The notes: generated by a model from the letters alone, not told the origin. DNA of 64,000 nt from Octopus vulgaris (GCA_951406725.2 OX597818.1:11594001-11658000), one strand, 5' to 3'. Shown: positions 13,475 to 28,160, counted from the stretch's first letter. A program made the numbers and translations.

Positions 13475-13980
13475 GCTACAGGAGTTACAAGGGCAGAAGC
13501 AGGAGTATTTGCAAATTTTACCTGTATGGATACTGCTGGCACAGTGATGATGGTGCAAACTGTTACTTGTACATCAGGATCCCTGCCAAAACTGTATGGG
13601 CCCAAGACAATATTCCCTTCCACGAGGAGGACAAAAGGAAAGGCACCAAAGAAGAAGGAAATGGCGCACTGTCTACTACCGAAAGACTGCAGCTTCTTTT
13701 TTAGAGCTTTCTTGAAAGTGATAAGCTCCCAGACAAAATGAAGGAAGGGATAATATGCCCTGTATATAAGGGAGGAAGCAGAGCCTATGCTAAAAATTAT
13801 AGGCCTATTTCTCTGACATCACATACCAGCAAATTCATGGAACTAATCGCAAGAAACTAATCGTGTAAGAAACTAATCGCGTTCCTTGAAGAAAATTTCT
13901 TGCTGACTGACACCCAGCATGGATTTCGACCAGGTAGAAGCTGTCTAACATAGCTCTTGCAACACTACGACAAGGTACTG
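13475..13980 (+). mobile_element. CR1/L2-group LINE remnant: CCCH-like zinc-finger piece followed by a reverse-transcriptase fragment
   Basis: 13505-13575 reads ICKFYLYGYCWHSDDGANCYL. 13690-13980 reads KEGIICPVYKGGSRAYAKNYRPISLTSHTSKFME...LTDTQHGFRPGRSCLT*LLQHYDKVL, the early RT motifs of CR1-type elements. Confidence 0.8.
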
Positions 13981-13984
13981 CTAA

Positions 13985-16160
13985 ATGCTATTATGGCTTT
14001 CTATGAGGGTCTCAGATCGTTTATTATTTCGATTCCAAATGCAGATAAGATCCTCCTTTGCAATTTCAACGCCCGGGCTGGATGCGATTATGAGACCTGA
14101 GATGCACTAGGGAGACGTGGTTTGGGCAAAAGGAATGCTAATGGTCTCTGTCTTCTTCAGCTCTGCACTGAACTTGATCTTATCATCTGCAACACCGTTT
14201 TTCATCAGAAGGATAAACATAAAGCTACCTGTACGCATCCAAGATCCAAACATGGGCATATTCTTGATTACCTTATCACCAGGAAACGAGACCTTCCAGA
14301 TGTTTGCACTGTCCAAGTCATGCGAGATGCAGAATGTGGGACTGACCATATGTTAATACGCGGTAAATTGAAACTCCGCATCATGCGTAGAATAAAATCT
14401 GGAGGAATAAAAGTCCCAAGATGTATTGATATGTTGAAATTAAGTGACTCTAAGGTACAGGTGAATCTTAGAAATGCTATTGGAGAAGCGGAATTTGATG
14501 TAACTTGGGCTCAGTTTAAGACTACTATTTACAATGTTGGAATTGAGGTTCTTGGTCTCAGTTGACAAGGTTCTTGGTTTGACAAAAATGGTCTACAGAT
14601 CAATAAACTTCTTGAAGATAAAAATAAGTTGCATCAACGATACTTCGGTGCCCCAGATGAGGATAAAAAGCCGTTACTGCAGTCTCTCAAAAGGATAAAA
14701 TCATCACTCCAAAGAAAGATACGACAAATGAAAAACAAATGGTGGTCGGATATTTCTGAAAAAATCCAGAGAGCGTATAACAGTAAAGACCTGAAAACAG
14801 TATATCACTTGATCGGACAAGTGTTTGGTCCTCGGTCTTTATTTGTGGCACCACTCAAGTCTAAAAGCAGCTGCTTTCTCTTCAAGGATCATGATGGTAT
14901 CATGAAACGTTGGACTGATCGCTTCACTGATCTCTTTTATAATCCTTCAGTTATTGATGAAAATGTCATCAGTAATCTGTCCCAAAAGGATTCATGAGAT
15001 GATGGAACATCCAACTATAGATGAGATCAAAAACACAATCAAAGAATTATATACTGGGAAAGCACCAGGTCTTGACGGTATTCCGATTGAGATTCTCCCC
15101 CACGGGTTAATAGTTAAACAAAGTGATATTGATGCTCCAACACTTTTTTCCATATATTTTGCTATAACCATCTTGCACACTTTCCAAGACTGTGATATCG
15201 GCGTCTATATTCGCTTCAGAACAACAGGTAAGATCTTTGATGTTAAACGCTTTAATGCAAAGTCGAAAACATTCCAGGCTCTTGTCCAAGAGCTCCTTTA
15301 TACTGACGCTGTAGCTCTCGTTGCTCACACCGAGGAAGACATGCAGACTATACTGGATCTCTTCTCTAGAACTTGTATTGCTTTTGGACTTACCATCAGT
15401 CTAAAGAAAACAAAGATCACGTTCTCTCAGCCACCAGGCCAACTTTATTTGGAACCTGACATCTTCGTCCAAGGGAAATGGATCCCTTGATTCTGAAATA
15501 AACCTGAGAACTGAAAAAGCCAGCAGAGTATTTGGAAGGCTTGAAAATCGTGTGTGGTCTGATAGAGGTATCACCTTCAAAACCAAGCTTAGTATCTATG
15601 AATCTTGCATTTTAACGATCCATCTGTAGTCTTCTGAGACCTGGACGACATATCGGCGCCACATCAAGGCTTTAGAAAGGCTCCATCAGACTTGCCTAAG
15701 GAGAATACTAGACATCAAATGGAAGTCTTTAACACCAGACACCGTTGTTCTTCAGCAAGCTAACACAACCAGTATTGAAATGATCCTCATATGCAATCAG
15801 ATGTGTTGGGTTGGGTACCTTGCTAGAATGCAGGATGACAGGTTGCCAAAGCAATTGTTTTACGAGGAGTCGCAGCGTGGCGAACGTCCGAGACATAAAC
15901 CCAAGAAACGTTTTAGGAATGCTGTCAAAAGCAACCTTAAGGCTCTTAATGGGAAAGTTGAAGACTGGGATCATATGACGCAAGATCTATCGGTTTGGAA
16001 ACAAATGATCTATAATAGATGTGAAACATTTGAAGTACGAAGAATTTAACAATCTACCTTGAAAAGAGCACTTCGTAGACAGGACTTAACTACTTAAAAA
16101 TATTTGTAAGATCTGCAGTAGAGTTTGTTTGTCAAAAGCAGGACTTGCTAGATCTCATGA
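13985..16160 (+). mobile_element. RTE-clade LINE pseudogene (APE endonuclease, RT, C-terminal zinc finger), 5'-truncated with internal deletions
   Basis: NFNAR.G, NANGLCLLQLC, THPRSKHGHILDY, ECGTDH (endonuclease); GKAPGLDGIPIE, VKQ..APTLFSIYF, ELLYTDAVAL (degenerate YADD), FGLTISLKKTK; ETWTTYRRH, RLPKQLFY; terminal ICKICSRVCLSKAGLARSH. Confidence 0.95.
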
Positions 16161-16211
16161 CAGTATTTATTAATTGAAGAGATAGCCTTCTTCCACAAAG
16201 AAGTGGCAATC

Positions 16212-16326
<115 letters not shown>

Positions 16327-17137
16327 GCATATATATATATATATATATATATACACACGCACACACACACATTATATATATAACCTATATATAATGTAAG
16401 ACGGTAAAAACGCTGACTATCTCGCTAAAAATTGAAATTAGTTTTCCGATTGATTCGTGTAGTTGAAATCTTTAATAAAAGAAACTTGAAAATCACAGTT
16501 CTATAAAAATATAGTAAATTGGAATTTCTAAGAATTTTCTATATAGTATAGAGTCTAATAATTGCTTTTTTTAGTAACAGTTGCGTACTCTTAACTGATT
16601 AATAATCAGCTTTCTTTAATATAATATATATATCTTGAAAAGATGCTCAGAAGCAATGTCATAGATGGAGTGTGTGCCGCCTGTGGAAGCCCTTGAATTT
16701 GGGGCTCTCCGAGCCCCCAAGACTATACAGGCTTACACAGTACACCCAAAAGTGCCACCCTTATAAAAACCTCACCTGGGTCGGACCGTACTCTCGCCTA
16801 ACCCTAACCCAATCTATGCAACTGATTGCAGTCCTTTTAAAATGAGTATGTTTTCCAGCCTAAATCTGCCCGCAATATTGTAGGGGAATTTTAAAAAATT
16901 TCTTTCTTATAAACTTTATAAGTGATTTCGTGAAACCAGACAATGTGAGATACGCACTGTTGTCCCGAATTTTATTTTTCTCTGAGTCATGATATTTTGT
17001 TAATATTGCTCTATTAAATTACTAATACAATCTATACATTGCTGTCATGAATTTCACATATGTAAATAAAAAAAAAATGAATGATTATACGAGTATGTAT
17101 ATGCATACGTACATGCACACAAATATATAGCTACGTA

Positions 17138-18665
17138 ACGTTGAAAGAGATAGAAGGCTAAACAATGCAAAATAGACTTTAAGATGAAGTAATGAAAATT
17201 AAAAGTAAGTTACCTGGTATTTTTTTTTATTGTTGTTACTGTTGTTCTTTTATCTGTCCAATTTTTCGGGACCTAAAAGTCCCTTCATCTGGGTTTAAGG
17301 AACTTTCATTGGATAATGTTCCATTCATCTTCAGTACATCTATTAAGTGGGCAGTGTGAATGATCTGGTCTTCTGTCTACGACATTATCAAACACAGATA
17401 ACTACATACGATTTACCACAGAACACCCCGATAAAAATGGTTCCTTGTCTCTGCTAGACTTCCAACTTAGAATAACAGATGAAGGTACTTTATACACCAA
17501 CTTCTATAAGAAAACCGCCAGCAGAGACCTGTTTGTGCATTTTAGATCAGGTCTTCCTCTTGGTGCTAAAACCGGATACATAAGAAATGAACTTACGCAT
17601 ATCCGGGATAAATGTAGCAAGACAGAGGACCAGATCACTTACAATGCACACTTCATAGATGTACTGAAGATGAACGAATACCCAACACCCACAAGGAATC
17701 AACTTAAGAATCGAAGGCCCTGCAGGCATAAGACCTCCTCTAACATCTGCTTCATGAAATTACCACATTTCCGCGAAAGCATAACCACAGCTATCTGTAG
17801 AACTATCCACAAAGAAAGACTGGACACACAGTCTTCGGCCCTTCTCTGCGGCCCTTCTCTGCGACCCTTCTCTGCGTGGATACCTACCTAAAAAGCAATG
17901 CAGATAACAACAATCAATACTCGCTGAACTAATCGCCCAATCCGCGACACAGGTATGTGCCAGCGGACGCAGGTGATATACCGAATTGAATGCAACAAAT
18001 GTAAGGAGTTGTACATTGGCAGCACGACTCGAACATTCCACACTCGCATTAAGGAGCACCTCAACACACGCGCACCCTCATTCAAAAAACACATTGACAA
18101 ATGTAGAAACATCAACCAACATATTACCGTTACCATTAAAGCCAGTGATAGAAATGTGGGCAACTTAAGAATTAAGGAAGCCTTGCTTATACATAGACTC
18201 AACCTGCAAATAAATAAAATATTAGAACTCAGCACGCAGTACTTGACATAAAAGACACGCCCACAGGCACACAAACTAAACATCTCATACAAAAAAGAAA
18301 ATTGATTTCGCGAAATACTATATTAGTAATTGACGTCATTCACGTACAAAGCGAAATAACCATCAAAAACTACTTAATAAAAAAATTCAATCGAAATAAA
18401 AAAACTTATCCCAAAGAGAGGTAATTGGAACATTATCCAATGAAAGTTCTTTAAACGCTGATAAAGGGACTTTTAGGTCCCGAAATATTGGACAGATAAA
18501 AGAACAGCAACAACAATAAAAAGAAACAAAACAAAGATTACCTGGTAATTTACTTTTAATTTTCGTTACCCCATGTTACAGTCCATTTTGCATTGTTTAA
18601 CTTTCTCTCTCTCGCAACGTTAGATATCATACAATGCTTCAAGAAAACTATAACATTTTATTATG
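17138..18665 (+). mobile_element. Penelope-like retroelement, 5'-truncated: RT thumb, C-terminal GIY-YIG endonuclease and pseudo-LTR, with an inverted pseudo-LTR at the left end and a candidate TSD
   Basis: 17445-17891 reads LSLLDFQL...FYKKTASRDLFVHFRSGLPLGAK. 17955-18251 reads CQRTQVIYRIECNKCKELYIGSTTRTFHTRIKEH...LRIKEALLI...IN (GIY-YIG). 17136-17323 is the inverted copy of 18426-18622. tagctacgta occurs at 17128-17137 and 18666-18675. Confidence 0.92.
18458..18494 (+). ncRNA. Minimal hammerhead-ribozyme-like motif in the Penelope pseudo-LTR (mutated core)
   Basis: CTGATAA-A-GGGAC-TTTTAG-GTCCC-GAAA. The inverted copy (17254-17291, minus) has CAGATGA, so the two-copy consensus is CTGATGA. 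Penelope pLTRs are known to carry minimal type I hammerheads. Confidence 0.6.
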
Positions 18666-18928
18666 TAGCTACGTATGTATATGTTTTAACCAGATCTTTT
18701 CCAAATTTGGCTGTGTTCTTGTTATGTCGTCAATCTAACAGTTGCTCACTTACTTTCTTGCCCTTGTTGCCTTCCGCTCTGTTTCCTTAGTATTCACTAT
18801 TTTCTCCCTTTTTCTCACAGGTACGGTTATTTATTAGTACTAGTAAACATGAATCATCTCTCTGTTCGAGAGCCACCACTAAATTTCTCTTTCTGATGGT
18901 AAACTATTTTTATCCTTTTTGTAAACTG

Positions 18929-18991
<63 letters not shown>

Positions 18992-19737
18992 TGGCAATGT
19001 GGAAACGTACAAGAGCAAATGGCAAGTACATAAGAACCAGAGGTGGTGCATCTGTACCGAGAAAAATAATGAATCTTTAATTTTACAAATTGATGAGTGT
19101 GCACACGATTACAGGAAGTAGCATTCATAAAAATGTTATAATGCATTGCTTCACACGAGATTTATAAATGTGTTGAAATACCAAAGACACCGTAGAGTAT
19201 AATATTTCAAATTTAATGAGACAGGTTACCGTGTGACGTCAGAAGTTTGGTTTTACTTTATTTCATTGTGTTCAGAGAAGAGATTAATGATGTATAAGTC
19301 TTAATTTGCAAGATTTTATTCTTAAAGCTAACTAGTAAATGTTCTTGGCGATATACGTATAACCCAAAGCTTTCAATGAGTGTTTTCTCAAAAAGTGGAT
19401 CTCTTTTATTATCGACATAGAATTTAAGGAATTCTAAAATAGATAAATTATAAAATTTGAATACTAAAGTATTATCTGATTGTAAATAAATTCATTCAAA
19501 AGACAAGGATTTGAAGCTTCATCTGGTGTCAATTCAAAAGAAGTTTTGCATTGCCAGGACTGGTTTTCTTAATCATCAGAGCCATCAACATTGAGAAACA
19601 ATTCAATCAGGAAATTGAAATTCTTGAACACTAGAAACAACAGATGACGGTTTTTTTTCAAGTTCATGACCTTTAAATCTCGATACTTCTTTTTATGATT
19701 GAACGTAAAGATCGAATCAGTCTGTAGAATACTCCAA

Positions 19738-20743
19738 AGTTAAGTATCACTCTCAAGCTACTATGCTGTCCCGGGTCGACCTAGAGCGACTTCAACACAA
19801 CCAAAGCATTCTATAGGGGATTAGTGGAGGGGAGGTACGACGACGATCTCGGGGCGAACCTGGGCGTCGACGAGGAGTACCTGACCCGCCTGTTCAAGAC
19901 GACTTTCGGTCCGGGACCTATGGACAACTTCCAGAGATCCTTGGCCTGGCAGTTCTACCGAGAAGCGCTACCCGTTCGAGATAAGCTCTACAGACACGGC
20001 TCGAGAAACACGAGGGCGACCTCCTCGAGATGCGGTCAGAGCGACGAACCGTTCTGCACGCACTCGTGCAGTGTCTAACCATTTCCGACCTGTGGGTTTA
20101 TGTCGAACGACTGCTGTCACGTGTGGCACGAGTTGGTTTATCAGCCGAGTTTATCGTCAATATCGTCACGCCCCCTTCCTTCAAACGGGAAGGAAGAGCT
20201 ATTTTCATCATACTTGTAGCTATGGCGAAAGAATGTATCTGGTGGACGCGTCTGAAAGGATAAGAGACAAACACTTTCCTCTCTGGTCAATCTCTCATCA
20301 ACTTCTTCAAGTATCACTTGAAAAGGAAAGTGAGAGTAGAGAGGCAGGTTTTGTCTAGCGAATGTTTCAAAAGAAAAGAAAGCTGAGTGAATGTAGCAAG
20401 GATGGCACGTATGAATGACGAAGCCACCTTGAGCATAATCCTATAAACTCGGAAAATTTTTAAATAGAGTGTTACTTACTTGCAAATAAATGTGTTAACA
20501 TGTGACATTATTGACCGAGGTTACCGTGGTCTTTTCCGTAGGCTTTTCTTTCCACGGATAAACCTTATCTGTTTCCCCATTTACACATTATATCATGACA
20601 TTTCTGTGATACACGATCCCTATTGATCGTTTTTTTTTTTACGATCCCTTTTGATCAAAAACCTACCCCCCTTTTTTACTCCTCAAAAAGAAAAGCTCTA
20701 CTTTGTAATTTGTCCCTTTCTGTATTCAGCCCTGTGTGGCTAA
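19738..20743 (+). mobile_element. Tx1/L1-group LINE 3' end (zf-RVT region plus 3' UTR), copy 1
   Basis: [21 protein letters not shown]...[15 protein letters not shown]...AMAKECIWWTR. Near-identical to 50040-51020. Candidate TSD tctgtag(a/c)atactc at 19721-19734 and 20747-20760. Confidence 0.9.
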
Positions 20744-22569
20744 GTATCTGTAGCATACTCGGGTTTTTCAGGGTTGGAAGATGTGCCATGTTTAGTTTTT
20801 CCCAGTTGACTTAAGAACAATTGCAGCATTGAGAAAGGAGTTAATTGACCAAAATTATTAAAATAGGAAATATATCAGTTTCCCCTCTCCAAATAAGAAA
20901 TTTGAATTGCATATTTAAGACTCGCTACATTAAATATGTTAACACTAATTTAACTATTGGTATTCAACTGGATGGAGACACTGAGTAATTAATCTCAAAG
21001 AGCTGGGTAGATATCTGCCAAACACAGTCTGCTCTGGTGATGACACTTAGATATAATTTTTGTTTAAAGTATCGGTTTCTTTGGTTATTGAATGATATGC
21101 AACGCATAGTTGTCACTAGCATCACACATATTCATATACGGGTAGCTTCAGCGTAAAGAGGAAAAGAAGAGAGGTAACTGGGAAGATTTAAAGCCGTAGC
21201 TTTATCTAAAACACATTTAACAACATTGACTGAGATGCACGTTTTAGACCGCCAGCTCAAAAGAAATTCAGCCGTATCAGTGCCATACATTACAACACAC
21301 ATATATACATATATGCATATTCATAAATATATATTAATGTATATAGAAATATATGTGTAAATATATGTATATACAAATATATACATGAATATATACATAC
21401 AAACATACAAATATATGGATATATGCGTAGTACATGCATGCAGGCACACTCATATGTGTACAGAAATGCTTATATTTACATATATACAGTTAAGATGTAA
21501 ACGAAATAACATTTTTCAATGGATTATTGTTTGATGAAATAAAAATAAAAACGATGAAATAAATTGAATACGTCTCCAGAATAATTCAATTTATTAAAAT
21601 GAAGTGAATCTGTTAATCTGATAACTAAATTAAAAAACAAACAAAAAATAAAGGAGATAAGTTTATTTACTTTAAAAGTTTTGCGTCGATGTGTCTGCTC
21701 TTTTGACATTATACTGAAAATGGTTAATAGTTTATTAAACGCGTTCACACTTGTTATTTACGTCGATTTCTAATGCGCCAAATGTTTTAAGTTTAAACAC
21801 GTTCACATTGGACAATTTTCTTTCTTTTCAAAATTTTTAAAGAGATACTATAGATATACATATACACACCTGCACACCCACATAAGTGAGTGTATATACG
21901 TACATGTATATACATGCAAATAAATCCACACAAATCATACACATACATATAGATACATACACACATAGATGTATGTATGTATCTATTTATGTATCTATGT
22001 GCGTATGCATGTATGTATATGCACATATATATTTAAACTCACACACGCTCTATTTTCTGGCACCCTGGTGTTTGGATAGTTTAAAATTATATATGAATTT
22101 TGTCAACGTTATTTCAAAATTTGAGGATGCCAGATCTAAAAGCCTAAGTGAAACAGTAGCCTCTCTAAAAATCAAACCCCAAAGAATGGAAACGGTGGTT
22201 GGAGGAAATAAAAGAAATAAAAAATATTCTAATTGGTTACTGAACCAACTCTTGTCCAAAATCTTATGCACTTTTCAAAGTTTGTTACACAATACAATAC
22301 AAAAATATAGACGTTTTATTTTGTCATTTTTCACCAAAGGCAATCTTTCAAATATTTATTTTGGTTCGGTTTATATAAATATATATAAGTTTTTTTTTCA
22401 AGTTCTCAACTTTTTTCTACTACAGGTGTTAGATTTAAATGTAAATGTAACAATGAAGAATGCGAAGTTCTTGAATTCCAGCACTAGCAATCATTTCCCT
22501 TTTGAAAACAGTATTTTAACAAGTACGAAAAGCGAAAAGAATCTATATCGCAATCTCCAATTCAAGTCC

Positions 22570-22670
<101 letters not shown>

Positions 22671-22773
22671 CGTGTGTGTGTGTATGTGTGTGTGTGCGTA
22701 TATAAATGTGTATGTATACATATGCATGTATATAATCTATATAGAAATAAATTGTACATTTAATTACAATATG

Positions 22774-22807
<34 letters not shown>

Positions 22808-23889
22808 TGTATGTATGTATGTATGTATGTATGTATGCATGCATGCATGAATACATACATACATATATATATGTGTATATATATATATGTATATATATGT
22901 ATATATATACATACACACGGACATAAATCGAAAGAAAGCTTATCATAAATAGTTGATTATAAAAATTAATTCTACATGCCAAATATAGAATATATTTTTA
23001 TCGAAATGTGTTTTTTAACCTTGTGTTTTTAATTCCAAGGGTTCGAAAATACCATCAAAAGAGAAGCGTTGCTACGTATTGGAATTCCAACGCAATGAGA
23101 GTTGTGATGTCGCAATTCTCTGAACTCTTAAAGTAACGATGGGGAAAAATATTACATATCATTATTTGGATAAACAAAATTGGATAAGCGGCATTATTGT
23201 ACCTATATTACAAAATTACACAGTTTATATACATTGGTATTTGTGTTCCAGCTGTGATAACATGGTGATAGTAATAATAATAAGAACAAGGACAATGATA
23301 ATGAAAACAATGTTGGTAATAACAATGATAAACATTATTAATTTTAATTGTAACTTCGACACAATTCCTCAAATTTAAAAGATCGTATTCGAGTATATTC
23401 ACCCCTAGTACTTGTCTACGGAAAGATGGAAGGCAAAGTTGATGTTGCTTATTATAAAGTTTTCTAACATTGAAATAAGAACAGATTTCATTGATGTGTG
23501 CGGTCGATTTAAACGCTCTCCTTTACATAACTGGTATCATCTCTAGAAAAATAAAGGGCAAGGACGATCTCAGCAAAATTTGAAATCAGAATATAAATAG
23601 ACCCACCTAAATATCCTAGAGTATGTTGTCCGAAGTTCTAACGTTAGTGCTAATCCATTGCCTCAATAACAATGCAAAATAATAGGGTTTTTTTTAACAT
23701 AGGTAAATTGCTTCCAATTCTGTCGGAGGAGTAGATTCGATTTGATCGAACCCAATTCTTGTCTATTTCTTATTTTATCGATCATTGCAAGGATGACAGC
23801 AGAAGTAGAGCTCCATGAAATTTAATAATAATGACTATTATATGATATTTATAAAGATAGAGCACCCGACCTATGGATCACTTTGATAA

Positions 23890-23976
<87 letters not shown>

Positions 23977-24609
23977 TCGAGATAGAATGATACATTGATA
24001 TTCATGCTTATCTTAAATAATTGAAATTCGTAAGTGGGTGTGTACACACCAAACAACACACACACACACTCACTCATGCTTCTGCGATTTCTCTTCCGAG
24101 CAATAAATAATACTAATTGATGTTTTAATCGACCCAGCATCAATGCAGAGACTCGACGGACTAACATATCTGTATACGTAAATCATTTCATTAATAATAT
24201 GAAAGCATGGCAGTTTGAAAAGCTAATTCAGCAATAAACCCCTCGTGACGGTCTTTATCGATGTTAATTATTATTTCTTTTTAAATTGCTATGATGAAAG
24301 TAACTAAAAGAACAACAGTATTAAAAAAAAGTGAAATTGAAAAAATCGCTATAATACTTATTTAAATAACAAAAATATGAATTTATTAATAATAAACTTA
24401 TCTAACCATACAATATGCCTAGCAATATACCTGTTAAAATTAAACCTGTTATTTAGTTATATATATATATATATATATATACATATATATATAATAATTA
24501 TGAAGGCACTAAAACATGCGAATAATAACGAAATCACAAGCTGGATAATTTCTACATGCTATTGTTCAGAAAGTTTGCTTAAATATGGGAATTAACTTAT
24601 TGTTGAAGA

Positions 24610-24710
24610 AGCGATCATTATTATTATAATTACTTGCTCTAGTTAATTCTGTGAGAGCGGACAGCAACCTGTTGTCAAAGGTCTCACAGGGTCTCTCAAA
24701 ATCGCATGGT

Positions 24711-24713
<3 letters not shown>
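24610..24713 (-). mobile_element. Short unique insert between (AAT)n tracts, possibly the 3' tip of an (AAT)n-targeting non-LTR element
   Basis: Flanked by attattattata and the long (ATT)n tract. Assignment to a Dong/R4-like element is inference only. Confidence 0.35.
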
Positions 24714-24766
<53 letters not shown>

Positions 24767-24775
24767 CATTATCAT

Positions 24776-24872
<97 letters not shown>

Positions 24873-24879
24873 TTTATCA

Positions 24880-24947
<68 letters not shown>

Positions 24948-24960
24948 ATCATTATTATTA
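24714..24960. repeat. (ATT)n-(ATC)n-(ATT)n trinucleotide tract
   Basis: Directly visible; produces the poly-Ile/poly-Met ORF artefacts. Confidence 0.98.
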
Positions 24961-25234
24961 ATATCGTGGTTGTTGTTAGTATTATTTTTGTTATTGTATA
25001 AACACTGATGGCTTTATAGATAAAGTTCTTAATATAACTATCAAATTAATTGTTATAATTATTTTAATAATAGTCATTATTATGATTATATATGTTATTT
25101 TAATTATATTATTGGGGTAATTATTTACTAATAACACTATTCGTGAAGGGTAATGGTGGTATTTTAATTGTAATTATCTTGTATGCTCGTATATAACTCG
25201 GTATTCATTGCTAATTATCTTATATATATATGCA

Positions 25235-25312
<78 letters not shown>

Positions 25313-25541
25313 GGAAGGAGGGGACAGAAAGTGAGTGAGTGAAAGAGGAGACAGAGAGTGAGAGAAAGAGAGAGAGAAAGCTGTTCTCGAAATTTTATAA
25401 ATATATATGCGTGAGAGAGTGTGTGCATATACATACAAGGATGTATACACGCGTACACACACACACATATAACTATAAATGTATGCATGTATGTATGACG
25501 TATGCATATAAATAAATGCGTACACACGCACGTACACACGC

Positions 25542-25594
<53 letters not shown>

Positions 25595-26269
25595 CATACA
25601 TATATAGTTTCGAGAACAAAGGAAATGTTTGAACGTTTATTTCCATTTATTATTAGATGATGAAAATGCTTCACATTTCAGCAGAAATTATCTAAGACAC
25701 TAATATTGCTTATATTTTCATATCTTTTTGCTGGTCAGTATTTTTCTTCAAACCTTTCTGGGAATATAGGATGGACGGAAGGTAACTCAAAACTCTGTCT
25801 TCATATAATAAGATTACTATTTGTTTCAACTCTATTTTAGTTTGACTTGTCATTAAAAACAAAGTAAATAAAATATAACTAGTTAAAAAGAAATTTGGCA
25901 TGTTGTTTGGTTCATAGGATATACTTTAAAAAGAAAAACAAACTCCAAAACAACTAAAATAATGCAACAGTACCGTAAATAAAAAATAAAATTCGACTGT
26001 CAGGTTTGTCGTCAGAAATAATTATGTTAATTAAACTGTTTTGGAAGTTATTTGAGATTTTATCTGATGATGCACTTAGTGACAATTAGTCGAAAAAAAA
26101 TCTTGCAATTTCGCTTAGTTAACTGCAGAAAATAGAACAAGACTTGACTACACATATCTTTATAGAGGAAATTAGAAAAGTCAACAGCAAGAAACCACAC
26201 GGGATTAAACTGAGTCATAGAGTTACACAAACACTCGCGCGCGTACACACACACATACACACACACACA

Positions 26270-26324
<55 letters not shown>

Positions 26325-27632
26325 ATATATATATAAGTAATTTGTGTGTGTGTGTGTGTGTGTATGTGCATTGGAAGTGAGGTTTATGCCATTGTTCAAG
26401 TTTCACATTCTGTGATCCTTCACGCAGAGTGAGACTCGTATAGAGGACAGAACGCTCCAGATTTTACTTAAGTTCTAAACAATAAATAAGTCAAATAACC
26501 AAGTAATTTCTTTCTTGGCCCCTTATTCAGTCATGGTTGATTTTATTTCTATTTAATTAGAAAATCCCACAGGGCTGTTGACTTGTAGCTAAAATAAAAG
26601 AATCTTATTCCAGATTATAACTGTATCTCAAATAAAACGCCTCAAGTTCGTAAATATTTAACTGCTGCTCAAAAGATACTTACTATGCCTACAATGTTAA
26701 TTAACCAAATCTACCAATGTTAAAGCTACCCTCATGTTTAGTTGTTAAAAATAACAGCGAGATTAATAGGGAACCATTATTATAAAGCTGGTGAACACAA
26801 TATATCAAAAAAAAAAAAAAAGGATTGCACTATGATTATATGATGTATATTCACAATGATAAAGGGAAAGAATGCGTGAAAGGTGTATAAGTTATTACTT
26901 TCATTTTTAAGTTAAACATTCTGTTCGATAAAATATGATAATTTCCTTTGAATTTAAATTTACATTCGACTCTTGCTCCGTATAAAAGGAAACAAAACCA
27001 ATTAGTTTGTTTTGTTATATTCGTATCTTTCTCAGTCATATTCTGTATACTGGTGGGTTTTTTGTTCATTTTAAAACAAAGGCGTTTAAGCTCTGTAAAT
27101 CACAACTCTACGTTCGGTGTTGGATCAAACTTCTTTTGTTTTGATTTAATCAGTGCGTAATCAATTTTTTTATTGTATTCGCATCTAAATGTCAAAGCTT
27201 GTAAATATTTATGCAGTCGTTTTTTCGAAGTCATGGTTATTTCATATCATACTACTTACCATAGATTCATGCAGAGTTAGTTATTTCACCCAAGTCATTA
27301 ATCAAAATGATAATATACTCAACATACAGAAAAATAGTTATTAAAACGTGTATATAAAAAGAATAGAAATATAACAAATAAAACAACAGTTTTTTTTCTT
27401 TTCCTCTTTTTGTGTTTCGTTTTTGAATTTTTTTTTATTATTTCAACGTGAGCGGCGTCGGACACCAACCTCATATCTTAACTTGCCAGCTTCAAGTCAA
27501 CTCTCTTCCTTCTTTGCTGTTGTGTTGAATGGTACCTTCCTCAGAAAGCTGCGATCATATGAAAAATCTTCTTTACTGCTGGGGGATTATAACCTGAAAA
27601 GATATCCAATTATTTTAGCAGTATGAATTCTA

Positions 27633-27697
<65 letters not shown>

Positions 27698-27720
27698 GTC
27701 TATCTGTCTGTCTGTCTACC

Positions 27721-27751
<31 letters not shown>

Positions 27752-27897
27752 ATATATGTCTGTCTATCTGTATATCTGTCTGTCTATCTGTATATCTGTC
27801 TGTCTGTCTGTCTATTTATATAAGAGGGAGGGAAAGAGAGGCAGAGAGAGAAGTGGAGAGAGGCTGCCATCGACTAGCACAGATACGCGCGCGCACG

Positions 27898-27970
<73 letters not shown>

Positions 27971-28014
27971 AAATATAGCCAGTAAGTGTTCAGTTTATGC
28001 AAAAAGTATCAAAA

Positions 28015-28160
28015 TTTGGCTTCAAATTCCGTCGAGGCCGACTTTGCCTTTCACTCATTCGAGGTCGTGACATAAGTACCAGTTGAGCACTGGGATCGAT
28101 GTAATCGATTAGTTGTCTCCTACAATATTTCAGGCCTTCTGTCTATAGTGGAAATGATTA
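28015..28160 (+). mobile_element. SINE family C fragment
   Basis: ttcaaattccgtcgaggccgactttgcctttcactcattcgaggtcg...taagtaccagttgagcactgggatcgatgtaatcga. Confidence 0.8.

Noticed and set aside
16795-16812. cctaaccctaaccc telomere-like repeat (also 60384-60392)
   Set aside because: Two units or fewer; not an interstitial telomere array.
27470-27593. Minus-strand acceptor-like site (cttttcAG) followed by a short frame YNPPAVKKIFHMIAAF*
   Set aside because: Too short, with no partner exon or recognisable homology.
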